A stretch of DNA of 64,000 bases from Botryllus schlosseri (lineage: Eukaryota): assembly GCA_051294905.1 (NCBI GenBank), contig CM119385.1, positions 11,904,001 through 11,968,000 of the forward strand, in the 5' to 3' direction. Numbering within the stretch: position 1 is the first letter of the stretch; each line of letters begins with the position of its first letter. A program made the position numbers and the translations under genes. A model generated the notes under the pieces. The model did not search any database. It was not told where the DNA came from and was given only the letters and a program-made list of their open reading frames with translations. Shown piece by piece: positions 36,823 through 50,900 of this stretch.

Positions 36823-38039
36823 ATGGGAAAGAAAAAGAATGCGACGAAGCTACATTTCATTTTGATAGGCGGTAAAGGTGTCGGGAAATATTCACTGCGA
36901 GAACAGTATATAAAGGGATGGATAGCGCCAAGAGAATTCGATGGTCAGTATATTGCGAACTTACTTCTTTCAACACTCTATTTACCTGCGAAGTTGCGAC
37001 ACAATGTGGCCATGTAATCTGATGCTTTGTAACTCTAAATTAATGTAGTTGACTGCACCAGGATATTTATATGCACATTTGTGACTATATAGGTCACCGC
37101 ATCGAGAATGAAAACGAATTTCCTGTATTGACGTCATCCATATGTTAGCGATGCAGCTACCAGTATATACTTGTTGTATCGCGTCACATGTAGCACTTAA
37201 TTTGGTGTTCATTTTAACACACACTGATGACGCTATGAAAGAACTGTTATATATGACCTGACACGTTAAAGTGTGACATTCTAAATAAACGCCGCATTCG
37301 TGAGATGTCCATTCCGCTACTATCTTCACTATGTAGTCCGTGGTGACGTGTTTGGTGAGATTTATTGTTAGTGCGGGAGTTAAACATGAAAGCGGATTCC
37401 AGTATCAATGAACCGATGGAATTGTCCATTGACGTGTCATTTACTAATGCACTACATATGATTGTGTCGCAATCGTGGGCTGTTTTGTATGATTCAGCAT
37501 AATACGAATGAACGAAATTGTATTGTTTTCAAATTTTCAACTTCATAAACACATTTTCAATTCCAGCACCGCCGGGATCTTCCAGCCAAACGATAGTGTT
37601 GGATAAAAAGACGATACAAGTCACGGTCTCCATAATTCAAGATCTAAAAAGCGGTGGCGATGAAATCGAAAACTGCCAAGGAATAGCTATTCTTTACAAC
37701 ATATCGGATAAGAATTCACTGGAATATATTCGCAACGAAGTTATCGAGATCCTTAAAGACTCGTCATCTTCCGACGCAGCGGAATCGATCAGCCGCCCCG
37801 TTATTTTAGTCGGTAATAAAGCCGACGAGGCCAAATTAAACCGACAAGTCAGCGAGGAAGACGGAAAAAAGCTTTCCGAAGAACTTGAATGCTGCGGTTT
37901 CTTCGAAACGTCGGCAACTTGCAACGAAAACGTTAAAAAGGCGTTTGAGACTCTGGTAGGGAAAGTGATGGAGAATCACGCGGCGCAGAATCCGGATAAC
38001 GAGAAACGTAAGAAAAAATCCAACTGCGTAATTCTCTGA
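36823..38039 (+). CDS. Atypical Ras-superfamily small G protein, 197 aa, with CAAX box. Exons: 36823-36943, 37567-38039
   Basis: G1-like GGKGVGKY, G4 LVGNKAD, G5 ETSA, and polybasic KRKKK plus CVIL terminus. The phase-1 GT-AG intron joins the two ORF-track fragments in frame. Confidence 0.85.
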
Positions 38040-40233
38040 GCCATCTCTAAGTACGGCGGATGAGACGTTGCTGTTGCAATGGACGGATCAGAAAGTCATG
38101 CTCGCGAGCAAGACTGAAGACGGTATTAAGGTTATATTTCTTCGCTACAGCGACTTACGATGCCTTGTCCTTAGCATTGCACAACCCCGACTCCCAGAGT
38201 ATCTAATTCGGTCTCATACAGCGAAATGAAAAATATACACGGAAATACATTTCAAAATTGCGTGACGATGATACCTAGACCATCCATGCGTCTTTCTCGC
38301 CAATCACTGCTTCATTTACTTTCTGTACTTGATTTGAGATATCACAAAGGCTCGTATATTGTATATAGCGTCCCAAGTTAAAATAATTATAGCTTACCGT
38401 TAGCAAGATATGATGCTGTATTGTAGATCGAAAATGCGAACGGTCTGATGTGGACACTGGTTTGTACTGGATTTTTGTATGTATTTTTTGCAATAAAATG
38501 TGCGTGTTTGCCACGCCTGATCTGACCTGTTGATGGTAACAATCACGTGCGTCACGGTACCACTGCATCAAATAATATCGACTATGTTTTCGTTCTTCAA
38601 ATCCTGTCCTGGATCAAGTTATGAAGGTAGGCAGTATGAATTTCCGATGGACCGGCGGCAAATAAAGACACCGATAGTAGAGGGAAAAAAAGACAACTTT
38701 GAGTTTCTGGCAGGCTTGAGTCTAGTTATTATAATCCTACGAAGTACCAGCCACACAGATCCACAATTTCAAATAATTTACTACGGAACACGTTCCTTGC
38801 CAGCAATCATGTAGTTCATCAGGAATAAGCAGTGAAAAAACACTTATACTCGACTTCTATGGCAAGACATTAGAATCGCAGCACAGTGCAAGTAAAATAA
38901 ATTAAAAGAAGTATCGGAATTGCAATTGGAAGTTGAGTAACCAAGTATACTCATGGATTGTCAGACCAACAACAAACACTGTGAAATATCTTGATATGCT
39001 AATCTATATTCCTTGCACGAAAAGTCTAGCAAACTTAAATCCGTTGCGTATCCAACACAAAATTGGCTTTCACACCATACATCTCCAAATGCGATAACAA
39101 GACACACCCGAAATAAGGCCCGATGACTCCGTCTCCACGACGGAATTGTGAAGGTGCTGATCGGTACTGTGCACTTTTTCCACACTCTGCTTGCCTACAA
39201 ACCGTGGGTAGACTGTAGATCTCCGCTATTAACTTGATTTAGACTTCTGTTTGTAAGCGTGATCGGCGAGAACACTCTTCAAAAGAAGCAAGTCTTTTTT
39301 TCCTGCCGGACGTCGAGCTTTGTGAAAAAATGTATGCAGGATTTGCTTCACCATGTTTTTGCCTAGAAAGAAGCAGTTTCAATGATTATGTCGGCGGTGC
39401 CGTTGAGAAAAATATTGTACAACGGAATGATAGACGGGTAGCGGGTCTTGCAGTGGACAGGTTAGCTAACGTGGCAATACACTCGAGGAAGGAGCCTACT
39501 AAAATAAGCAAACGTAGGGTTAACATATTTTGGAATCCGGAGGGAGGACCCTTCTTACCGGACTATAAAACTGCTGATTCTAAAATTTGTGGAAATTAGA
39601 AATCTGTCCGACCCGACTCTGGAATTGCCCACTTATTATCTATACTCATGTGGTATCGACATTCTGCGTCATTTATGGAGTTTTTAGTTGGTCCTGTCCA
39701 TTGGCCTGGCTGTCAAAGCTATAAAGGTGGACGGGTTCCCAAAACGGAGGACATATGGTAACCCCAAGTCAACGGAATATATTGATGCCAAACAATGGCA
39801 CAGAAAATGGGAATCGTATTTCTAAACTAAACGGTACTTGTCTGAAATTTCGGTATATGTGGTCAGAGATAAGATATTCCTGCTTTTTCGGAGTACCCAA
39901 GTAGGTTTGACCACTTGCACTACCAACTCAATATGGTCCATCAAACCACTAGATGTCGCCAGACTTTAGGTGATAACCGCCTTTGTTACGTATGCGATTG
40001 CCGTATTCAGAAACCTGTAGGTTACTTTCTCGATTGTGTAAGGGTATTTTATATGGAAAAAACGGCTACATAATATTCTACGGGGAACGTGAACTTGCTA
40101 TAAAATGAACTAAAACTTCGGAAAGCTTCTACGGAAGGAAATAAGGCCGATTTGATAAGGTGAGAATGTGAAATTGTCAACTAAATGTCGGCTACCAGCT
40201 CAGCACCAGAAGTTTTCGAAGTTTTAGTTCATA

Positions 40234-41502
40234 CAGGGCCGTAACAGCACTTCGTCAGGCCCCCCCAAAAACTTTGGTCTTGGGCCCCCCATAGGGTTAA
40301 ATACCGAACTTCTGGGGGGCTACGCCCCCCAGACCCCCCCCCCGGCGATACACTCTTTACCGCTATTCATCATATTCATTGGGAATTTGATTAGTGAATC
40401 AGCTTTTGTCGCCTAAGCGAGTAAAGCGCGGAAAATTTCTAGAATTCATGATTTCATCGGTCAGTATGATCGGGAATTGCATATATTGTTATCAATTTTT
40501 ATCTTCTCTCTGCTCACGTAATCAGATTTGCCGGTAGAGCTGAGTGAGGTGTGTTTGAAAAGGTAGGACCACTCAATAATAATTAAACATCTTCGGGCGT
40601 ATACCCGTAGGCAGGAACGAAACAGTACCTCGTCAGGACCCCAAAAACTTGGGTCTTTGGCTCCCATAGTGTGATAAAACGACCCCCGATCACGTTGTTC
40701 GCGTTTGTCACGAAATTATCTGCACCGTATTGTGAGCCAGCGCGAGGCGCGAAAATTTTCGATAATTTATGATATAATCGGTCAATCAGATCGGCGATTG
40801 CATATATATTATGCTATCAATTTATTGTCCTCTCTACTCACGTAATTAGATTACCGGTAGAGCTGAGTGAAGTGTCTTGAAAACGGGAGGGCCCGTGAAT
40901 AATGATTAAACATCTTCGGACGGGCGGACCCGTTGATATGACTTCGTTACATGATGTTATTTCGTGACTTCCAGTCTGCTATATCAAAAAATATAGAATC
41001 GCCCAAACGTAGGCTTCTAAACTAAGAGACGCACACGATTTCAAATTGGTATTTCTTCACTGGCATAAAATTTTTTCCAGCGGGATGATATTTGTCTTGT
41101 GAGGTTCAGATTGCAAAGACAGGAACATTCGGCGCCAGTTATTTAGGCGCCTATGGACAATTAAACCTATATGTATTTTGTATAGCCTATACAACGAAGT
41201 CTTCGGTCTGCATAAGGGCATAGACCTTTTCGGCCAAGCTTTTCTGCCTGCCGATCGTTCTGGCACACTTCTTGGAGTCGCATGTTATATGGCCTAAAAC
41301 TTGATTGTATGTCTTGGTGGGTCGTGGCGCGGTAATGGCCCAATACCCAATAATATAGATAAAGGCTACTTGAATTCGCTACTTGAATAAATTTTCAAAA
41401 AATACTATATGATTTATGCTAATTCACGAAATAATTTTGGGCCCCCCTCGAGCTCGGGCCCCACCCAATTGGGGGGTTCGGGGTGCGGCAGTTACGGTGC
41501 TG
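40234..41502. mobile_element. hAT non-autonomous element, 1269 bp, with an internal ~190-bp direct duplication
   Basis: TIRs cagggccgtaac / gttacggtgctg; perfect 8-bp TSD agttcata; 40430-40615 is similar to 40745-40925. Confidence 0.9.
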
Positions 41503-41977
41503 AGTTCATACTATAGCGAGCTCACGGTCGACGTAGAATATGTTGTAGCCATTATTTCCATATAAAATACCCTTACACAATCGGGGAAGTAACCGAGGTT
41601 TCTGATAACGGCAACCGCGTACGTAACAACGGCGGTTACCACCTTAAGTCTGGCGACACCTAGTGTTTGATGGACCCTATTGCTTGCTTATGTTTTTTTT
41701 CAACTAATTCCACTCCTACTTGACATTTTTGATGCTCAACTACAGACTGTTTAGACTTTGGATTTCGTAAAGTGGAAAGTACCATTGGGAAAGTACCTTC
41801 ACTTTTTAGAGGTAAATTGTCACGGACACCGAAGAAAGGAATATATTTTCAAAAATTGCACCAATTTGTAGAGTCATCAGTCAGTTTGCGTTAGTCGCGA
41901 AGATGCATTCTTCAGTTTTAAAAGTAACCAACTTTGATCGGATACCAAAAGTATGTGACACCGTGACGATGTCTCCT

Positions 41978-44900
41978 TTAGCAAAGACTTAAGTAATTTT
42001 GACATGTCTCCGAAACCGTTACTTCTACTTATAAATGAGTAAAAATTTATGACATTACTGTACCAAAGACGACTATTCTAATCACCAGCGGTGGCCAGCC
42101 GGGAATCTTACCGTCACGAGCATAAACAAATGCGGACGGCACTGAAGCATAAAACAATGTCCCCCGACTAACCTGACAGCAAATCCATGTTTCTAACCGT
42201 AGCGTCTTCTGTCAGACACGTGGTCAACGTCTTCGCAAACATCTTGAACACTTCCTTCTTGTCCATGTCCCCTTTCTGGTAGTGCGTCGAGAGATAGCGA
42301 ACGACCGCGTCTCGAGCGTGTTCACCGAACCGCGACGATTCGCCGGGAGATTTCACGGCTTCCGATTGGTCCTCGGTCGACGGATTCGTCGACCTGTCGG
42401 ATTCGGTTTCAATATGTTCTTCGATCGCTGTGACATTGTCGCGTTTCAGCGCGGGATCGTCTTTCCCTTTCATAATCTTCAGTATCTCTTCGCTTGTTTT
42501 CTGAAACGATGCCAATGCAGACGGGTCCGACCCGGACCTGCATTCCAAACTCACAGTCACGTTTAGTCGGGTCACCCCATCCTTATCATCGCAATCCTTC
42601 TCCAACTGCACTGTACTATCATTGTCCGAGTAGAGAATTTTTTTGACAGGACTTTTGGTCTTCTCTAAAAACCTGATTTGTTCATAGCAAGATTTTGACT
42701 CGCTGTCAGTGCTACACTTCGTAACCTCTTCTGCGGTACCACCGGTAGGGTCAAAGTTCGACAATGTCTCTTGGTAATTGCACTCTGTCTGCAAGGCGGC
42801 GTTTGCCACCGCTGGTCCGTCGCCTGACGACAAATCACGCCCCTTACCTAAAACAACGGGATGCGGTCCCGAATCGGACGCGATTCTTACGCTTTTGGCT
42901 ACGCGGTCATTTACCACCTCGTTTCTGCTGTAACTCTTCAAGATTGATTTGGGTGCCGATATGCTTTCTGACGCCATTGGATTTTCATGTGCAACAGATG
43001 CGGCTGATATCGAGTCTCGATTCTTGGCGGCTTGCGTATTCTTCGTTTGGATGTCAGGTACAGCTTTATCCACAAACGGCTTTCGGATTAAGCCGTTCAA
43101 TGAATCGGAATCCTCTGCAACCTTATCATCAACAACATCCGTCTCACCAGTAACGATAGCGGAAGGTGTACTCTCCCCTTCATCATCATACAGTGAAATC
43201 GCAGGCCCCGGTTCGTATCGATTGTACTCAGATACAATCTCGAGAGAATCACTGTCAGACGAGCTACCCGAATCCGATCCGAAAAATTTCTCGGATTTAA
43301 CTCTGACGCATTTCGGCTGCTCGGCGACATTCTGCTGAAACTCGTTTTCGGACGAATCCGAATCCGAATCGAACAGCGTCAAGTCAACTACTGCGTCAGG
43401 CGTGCGGTCTACTATTGTCTTCTTCTTTTTGACGAACCAGTCCTTGATGGAAGTCTTGCTTTCGCTTTTAATTTTAACGCTCGTCGACGCCGGAGTGTTA
43501 TCGGCAGTAGCGGACGATGTACTCTGCACTGTCCCAGTGGATTTCGAATGCGTATCCTTCGATCTCTTTCGTTTCTTGGTGGGAGGCTCAATATTCTATG
43601 AAAAAGCGTATTGAAATAGAAGACTGTGCCCAGCCGAGAAATAGGGGAAATAGAGGTTTGAAAATTTTCGAAATCGACCAAGGTAGCATCAATTTATTAG
43701 GGTTAAGTACATGCTTAAATGCACTGTCGATTCTAACTAATTGGCAGCGCTGATAGTATGATGAGTAAAGAAATATAATCTGCATTACAAAACGATTTCG
43801 ACCCCAAAAGCGCCCACTCTGGGAACACTACTGTTGCTGCTACAGGATGCAAAAATCCCAAAAAACACTGATTGCACAGCAAAGACAATTTCCGCGAAAT
43901 AGATAGAATTGCTAGGCAGTAACAAGGCTAATTTCAAGAATGATATCACATAAGGAAGGCGTTTTTACCCTTCCATTCGATTCCTCAGAGTTGCGTCTCT
44001 TAGTATGGATTTCTTCAAATAAGGCAGAGGATGTGCAGGCACCATCACTTGACTCGATGCATGGCTGCATATATACATTTATCATTATTTCCCTGACATT
44101 CTTTGCTGTATGCACTCTTTATTGATGATAGGGGAATAAAGCAATAACCTTTGTTAGAGTCATCAACCTTAAGCTACACACATACAGAAATCTGCAGTGC
44201 TTAGTCCTTATGTAGGAACCGCGCCTACCAGCAGTTTTTCCTGTCTCACAAATAGAAATGAGGTGACACCAATCTTAAATTGTGTTCCACCAGACAAACA
44301 AATGTTAAATACTCTTGATACGGGTGTTCACTTGCCTTTTGATCGCTGAGAAGACTCGATGCCGTCTGAAAAGCAGGATCTGAAGCGCTTTGAAATCCGC
44401 ACGAAGATGCCATGTGACTTTGTCTTTTTCGTTTCAACGCCGTAGACGGGACGTATTCATCGGCAGTCTCGCCGTCATCAGAATTATCATCAGGCCCGCG
44501 GTCGCCGAATTGAAACGATCTGTCACGTCATTGCGTACTTTGCAAAGATTTGGAAATAATCTACCGGCGGTTACCACTTACGGGTGTAACTTCCTTTCCG
44601 CGGTAAGCCTTTTTGTTTCCGTGAGCTTTTTCACCACGCCTCCGCGATATAACGTCAGATTCTTGGCAGTGGCAAAGACTTCATACTCTAACTTTGACGC
44701 TGCCGCCAGAGACTCCCATTCGCTGAAAATTAGGTCACCGATAAGCGGATAGTATGCAGGGTTAATCTGACACTTAACAAATAAAATTTCTGGTAGAGGG
44801 GTAGGGTTCAAGTCTACAACTCCCAAAATGATGGCCGCGAGATCTTTGTCAGAACCAAATATAACAAATGCAGTTTTGAGTTGGTTCTGGGCAACAATTC

Positions 44901-47900
44901 AAGATTATTTGACTAGATTTTATTACAATCCGTAATGATAGACCTAAATATTGAATCTGCCTTGATACACAGTACCTGGTCCGTCAGATTCACAAATGGC
45001 TTCTAGTTTAATGGACGTAATATGCTTGGAAAATCCTTCAGACAACTGAATCTGCTCGTAATCATTGCTTGCTGAATTAGAAGTATTGAGATCTACCCTA
45101 CTGTCTACAACACTGGTCAGCAGGGTTGTTTGTTACTTTCGCACAATGGTCGAGAGCACCGATAAATTTTGAAAATAAATCAAGTTAATCTCTTTAACCG
45201 AAACATATGTGTTGCTGCCTTAGTGAGCATGGCGCCATGTAATGACTTCATAGTGTATGAATTGCGGTGAATTTTCCATGTCGAACATTTGTGTTTCTTG
45301 AGGACCTGCCTATGAAAAAAAAAGATTTTGAAACTGGTCCACAGAACAAGATGTAACAGGACTATTATTCCAGAAATTGGAAAAAGTTTCGTCAAGATGT
45401 ACTTAGATTTCCAGTATTTGCAAAATTTTAAATGCTTTTCGGCACAAATTTGATTCTATTCCTGTTGATTGTCGGCATTTACGGCAGTAATAATTCCTAA
45501 ACCCATTTGCTTGTATGCCATTTTAATGTTTCAGACAGCGTTACCAACCATGTTATATCTAAAACAGGGGTTTGAAATCCGAAGCTGCCACTGCCACACT
45601 GCACCTAAGGAGCTGCACCACTTACTACAATCCTAGAGAGACGGGTAAAGGAACGAAAGCTACTTGGAAGATTGCTTCCCATGAAAAGCTTGGTGGTTGT
45701 TACTGAGAGCAATCTGCAGCCGGACAAAGCATCCTTGCCGCGTCCTCCAATTACAATCCTTCAGCCTATTACTCTCCGGCCGGATCAGCGCGCAGTCTTC
45801 CGGTATCTCGTCGCTGGTGCTGGCCCGACTTCTTCTCCGTTTGGCAGCTCCATTCCCAGCCTTATATACAATATTTGACAACATCCTTATTCAAAACTAC
45901 AAAGTGTGACAATGTTAAGTGAGATTATCATGGCTGTCGGCGTTGAAAAACTGTGAACACAACTTCTAGCAACAACTGGGCTCTAAATTCCGCTTCTAAA
46001 TTCTAAAATATATTCCTGAATCAGACATAAAAGTTACTTTTACGACAACGTTGACACCTAAATACCATGCGGCAGAAAATTTTGAATTTCAGAAATGTTG
46101 GCGGTAAAGTTTTGGTAATTTTTTTCGGAGGGGGGGGAGACATGATATTGAGAATTGAGCATTCGCAAAATGACATCGAGGTTTCAGTGACTCGATTTGA
46201 GTGAATATAAAAATCTCAAGCTTCCATATCCAGGTCAAAATCATATAATATTTCCAAGAACTTAGAAAACTCATAGGTTATATTAAAATGTAATTTCTAT
46301 GTTGAAATTTGAGCATTTGAGTGACTCAGTTTGAGGGAAAACCACGAACTCTAATATTCGGGTTCAAATCTATATAAAATAATCAAGAATAATTCCCTTC
46401 TCTATTTTTGTGACCATCAGTGAGAGAAGCCAGTACCGGAAAAGTTCCGACCTGGCTCAACAACAGACTCCTACCTTTCTTAGAGAAAACTGCTTCTTCA
46501 AAAAATCATCCCACTCCTTCGAAGATATATTTCCAGGCTCTTTTCTTTTGTCTTGACCCGACCAATCGTCTTCGACAGTCCTGGACCCGTTTGAACGTGT
46601 CACCGTGATTTGTCACAGAAACGAGCAGCCCAGATATTCTCACCTGTCGATTCCGAAACCTTTTCTACCGCCAGCGTACAAGCCGTCATCAAATGCTCCG
46701 GTGGGGCAGGCTTGCTTCGGAACGGAAGTCTCAGCTCGGGTGTGACCGAGGTTTGTGAGCTGCGTCTGTAAAGTGCAAAAGGAGGCGATTTTCCCAAATT
46801 TGTAAAGTCGCATTTTAAAAGGAAATTCACAAATACTGCACTGACTTTTAAAAAATCGTCGCGGTGCTGCTTGAGTATTGTTGGCTCTTTGCAATGGTCG
46901 CATCCGTCCTTGCAGCCGGGTAATTTCTGGCCAAAAAACGACGAAATAGCCTGATGCCGACACCTGTGAAATGAGAGCGCTTCATATTGTGACTCGCCAC
47001 CAATTTGAATTGCTTTCAAGTGGCTGACAGATGAGGTAATACAAATCACAACAAACGCTGACAAACACTAAACCTATCGGGTGGGTTGCAAGCTTCCTGA
47101 AATAGAAAACAGAGTCTGTGATGACATAGTGATATAAACGCATCATTCACTGCATGTTGTAGCGTCAGAGCTGACGACAACTTGAAAGATGCAGAGGAAA
47201 ATGCAAAATAGAAGTTCAGTTGAAACATGATTGAGACTGTTTTACAGCCGAATATGTTGAAGTAGACCAGCAACTAATCACAGGCAGCACAGCTGAAGCA
47301 ATTAGTGAGGAAGTTGTTGAATTTAGTATCAGAATTACAAACCATGAGTAAATATGTCATTCAAAATACCTTATAGAATAGGTTCGCAATGAGATGAATG
47401 TCATTAGAGCTTTGCTTAGCCGTTCTATCAGAGCAATTAGAGTTTTACCGCATAAAACGATAAAACTTAAATATAAATGACAACTAACTATCGCTTTCAT
47501 AAAAATGTTACTGTTTCGAAGGATGTTTGGGATTCATGCATTGAAATGCAACTGGTCATTTGTATTGTAAAAATCTTTCTTTCAAAGCAATGATGGGATA
47601 TATCGGTAACAGTAATTTTCTACCGAGGCTGCGATGGAAATGTGTTCAATTTGTCAGGAATCGCACGCCATCAAATATGGTAACCATATCACAGGACCAA
47701 TGCGCATCGTGATAACACAGTCTTCACCATATCCGATAGGACACATTCGAAAAACAAAATTGAAGGTATCAAATTCATGCTGATGATATACTCTGTTTGC
47801 TTTGGATTCCATTATAGTTGCTTAACCGAGTGGAACAACACATACAAAAGAACAAAAGAACTACGATTTCAACATCATAACAGGGTGTCTGTGGGGAAGT

Positions 47901-50900
47901 AGAATTGAGCAATTTCATTGTACCCGAGTACTTGGGTTGCACTTTAAAGCATAGAGGCTGACACATGAATGAAAGCTTGTTGTGGCAGCTGCAGCAAAAG
48001 AGTGAAATGTAATATGGATACATTAATCATAACTGGCTGATAGTGAAGTCGGGAAGAACAAATTTATAAATTGCAATGTAATCAACATTTTATTGTTTCA
48101 CAGATTCCTAAGATAAATTTAAGATGTCGAATACCGAAAGCATAATTGGTTTCAACGCCAATGAGATTTTGAGTGTTCAACCCTTCAAGGACACGTACAG
48201 CACCGTGACGTTTGTGATATTTCTGTCTTTTGTCATTACCATACTCATACTGGTGGCGATAGCTTTCCTTTTCTCTGTGTGCGAGTGTTGCGGTTCAAGC
48301 ACCAAAGGTAGGCGAACATCCTACGAAATTTCATAGGTTAGTCAAAAGAGCATTCTATCCTTAGCTTTACTTAAGGTAGAGGTGTATGAACTCATGGCTT
48401 TATACATGCTGTGAGAAGGAGTTTTGACACATCTTGGTAAGGTTGAAACTAATGGAGCTCCGGTGTGATTTCAATTATGCTATATTCCGATTCAGCTCTG
48501 CATTGGTGACATTATCTCAGTTGATGAAGTTTCATCCATTGCGTTTTGACATCACTCAGGTTCAAAGACAAAGACAACAAAGGCAAAGGCAACAACTAAG
48601 CCAAAAAGAAACAAGGTCAAACCAGCAAAAGATGATGATGGCTGGTAGAAGGAACTTTGATCAGCCCAAGACTCTACTACAGCTTACACCCTGTATATCT
48701 TAGAAGACACTGTGTAATTTTCTATCACTGAATATTATATTTTTGCAACAGTTATTTTAGTATATCTGCACTGGTACAAATAACACTGTCATAATTTTAT
48801 TGCATTGAAATGAGGCCGATACAGCCGACAGTGCTAACACTCTGCATCATAGGTAGATTAATTGTGGACGGTGTTACTGTACCAATGATGCCCATTTCTC
48901 TAATATGAAGCCATAACTGTTATTTTAATTCTTCAAATCTTGCCTTTTACATTGTTTAATGTTCTTCATTCATGTTCAGTCAATCACTATCGTATTTTAC
49001 CCACTTGAATTTTGCCATTCCATAGAAATTTACCATGGAAACAAGCCAATATTGACGCAGCAAACTATTTACAACGAATTCGTTTAGAACTCAAAGTTGT
49101 AGTTGCGTGTAATGTATAATATACTAATTCAACGGTGTACTATACATGAATATTTCAGTAGACAAGTCTTTACTACTACCGCATTGGTTTACTGAATTTC
49201 TTGCCTTCATGAATCTTTAGTCATATGGAGCGTCGTTGATTCGTATTTGAAACAAACCAAAGTTCACTGAATACTTATTATACATTTAAATGAATTTCAA
49301 TGAATTGAATTTCTTGTACAAGTTTTTCGCGGTATAATTTTACTAAGACATGACATTGATATAGCACATTTTGGGAAGAACATCCATGAATATTGTATTG
49401 GTAACCGTTTGTTTTATGTGTTTAGATATATTTACTCGTTGCAATAGTACAAAATGAGTGATTTACAACAGCAAGCAGAAGATGTCGTGGGATTTTCCAT
49501 TGACGATATCTCAAAAATTCAGCCTTTCAAAGATGGATACAGCACGGCGTGGTTCGTTGTCTTTATGGCGTTCATCGGGACTGTCGCAATATTGATCGGA
49601 TGTGCATTTCTATACTCCTTTTTGGAATGTCTCTGCTGCTGGTGAGTACAGGAAGATAAAATGCAGCACAACCGCCATAATGTCATGGTCATTATCAGTC
49701 TCTAGATACCATGTGCGGCTATGATCAGAAAACGACTTGAAATTCTGTCACCCTGAATGGTCCAAATGTGGTAGTAGCAATCAGTTTTTCATAGTTGCTT
49801 GTGGTCACAGTATTTTTCATTTAACCCACTACCACCATGGCCTATCACTCGGTATCCTCCATCAGTTGATTGACACTAATACCTTGTCGCCGTGAGCAAT
49901 TTATTGCACAGGTGTTGGATTTTGAAGGGAAGTGTCAAACATGTTCTTTTTCTCCGTGTCTTGGTCTGATGGGGTAAATTTTGTGCAACGGTACTGCATC
50001 TTAATGATGGCGGGTTAAAGATTCTTGAATCATCCGTTACAAACCGCAACAGCCAAATCTCCACCACCAGAAATAACTCCTGTACACTCTGGGAATATTT
50101 CGTTAGTTTCGTGTTGAAATTATTGTCTTTCAATCATTATATAAAATTGTAATGCATTCTAGAATATGGGCCACCAACACGAGGCCCGCAAGGTCATATT
50201 TTGCGGCCCACGATCTGATTTCAATATACAATTGAATAGTATATTCTTATTGAAATGAACCCGAATATTTTCGGCTGACACTCGTCAGGGCTAATCGTCA
50301 GCAACTAGTAGAGAATTGGTAAGAACATTGTATATATATATATATATTCGGGTTCATTTCAATATGAATATACTATTCAATTGTATATTGAAGTTCTGTA
50401 CCTCCAAGAAGATCTGATTTCAGAATAACGCTAACTAAAGCATTATGAAATGCTGAAATTGATTTCAATTTAAATTTATTTTTTAAAATACGCTATTCTT
50501 CTGTGCCAAACATCACTATTTCTCACTAGCTGAACAGGCTTCAGCGATGGCAACAGCTATAAATATCCATATTGCCTTGACGTGCAATGGCCCAGATACT
50601 CCCAAGACTGACATGTTTAGTAAAGGGCTTCCCCGCAAGATCAAGCTTTAATAGGAGATGGTCTTTCAGCTACTACCGTGTCTCGATAACCCCAATATCG
50701 ATGCCTTAGTCGCTGAAAAGCGTTGTCAGGTATTGTGTGTAGCTCATATTTCAAAATAGAACGAGGACAATGACCATGATATTGTTTGTTGTATTTGTAT
50801 TTCTTTAATAAAATATTACTTCTTCTGTAGTAACTATGACAGAGAGCACAGCGTTCTACTGACGTAAAGTTTGAAAACATGGTTGGTAAACTGTGTGTTT

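Noticed and set aside
38275-39599. Cluster of 74-98 aa ORFs downstream of the Ras-like gene
   Set aside because: No motif, no consistent exon chain and no recognisable homology.
42282-43338. Plus-strand ORFs of 94-129 aa
   Set aside because: They are antisense shadows of the large RECQL5 exon.
47074-47096. 23-nt candidate RECQL5 mini-exon (EACNPPDR) with AG/GT borders
   Set aside because: Its phase-0 start is incompatible with the phase-2 end of exon 10; exon 10 joins exon 11 directly, as in homologs.
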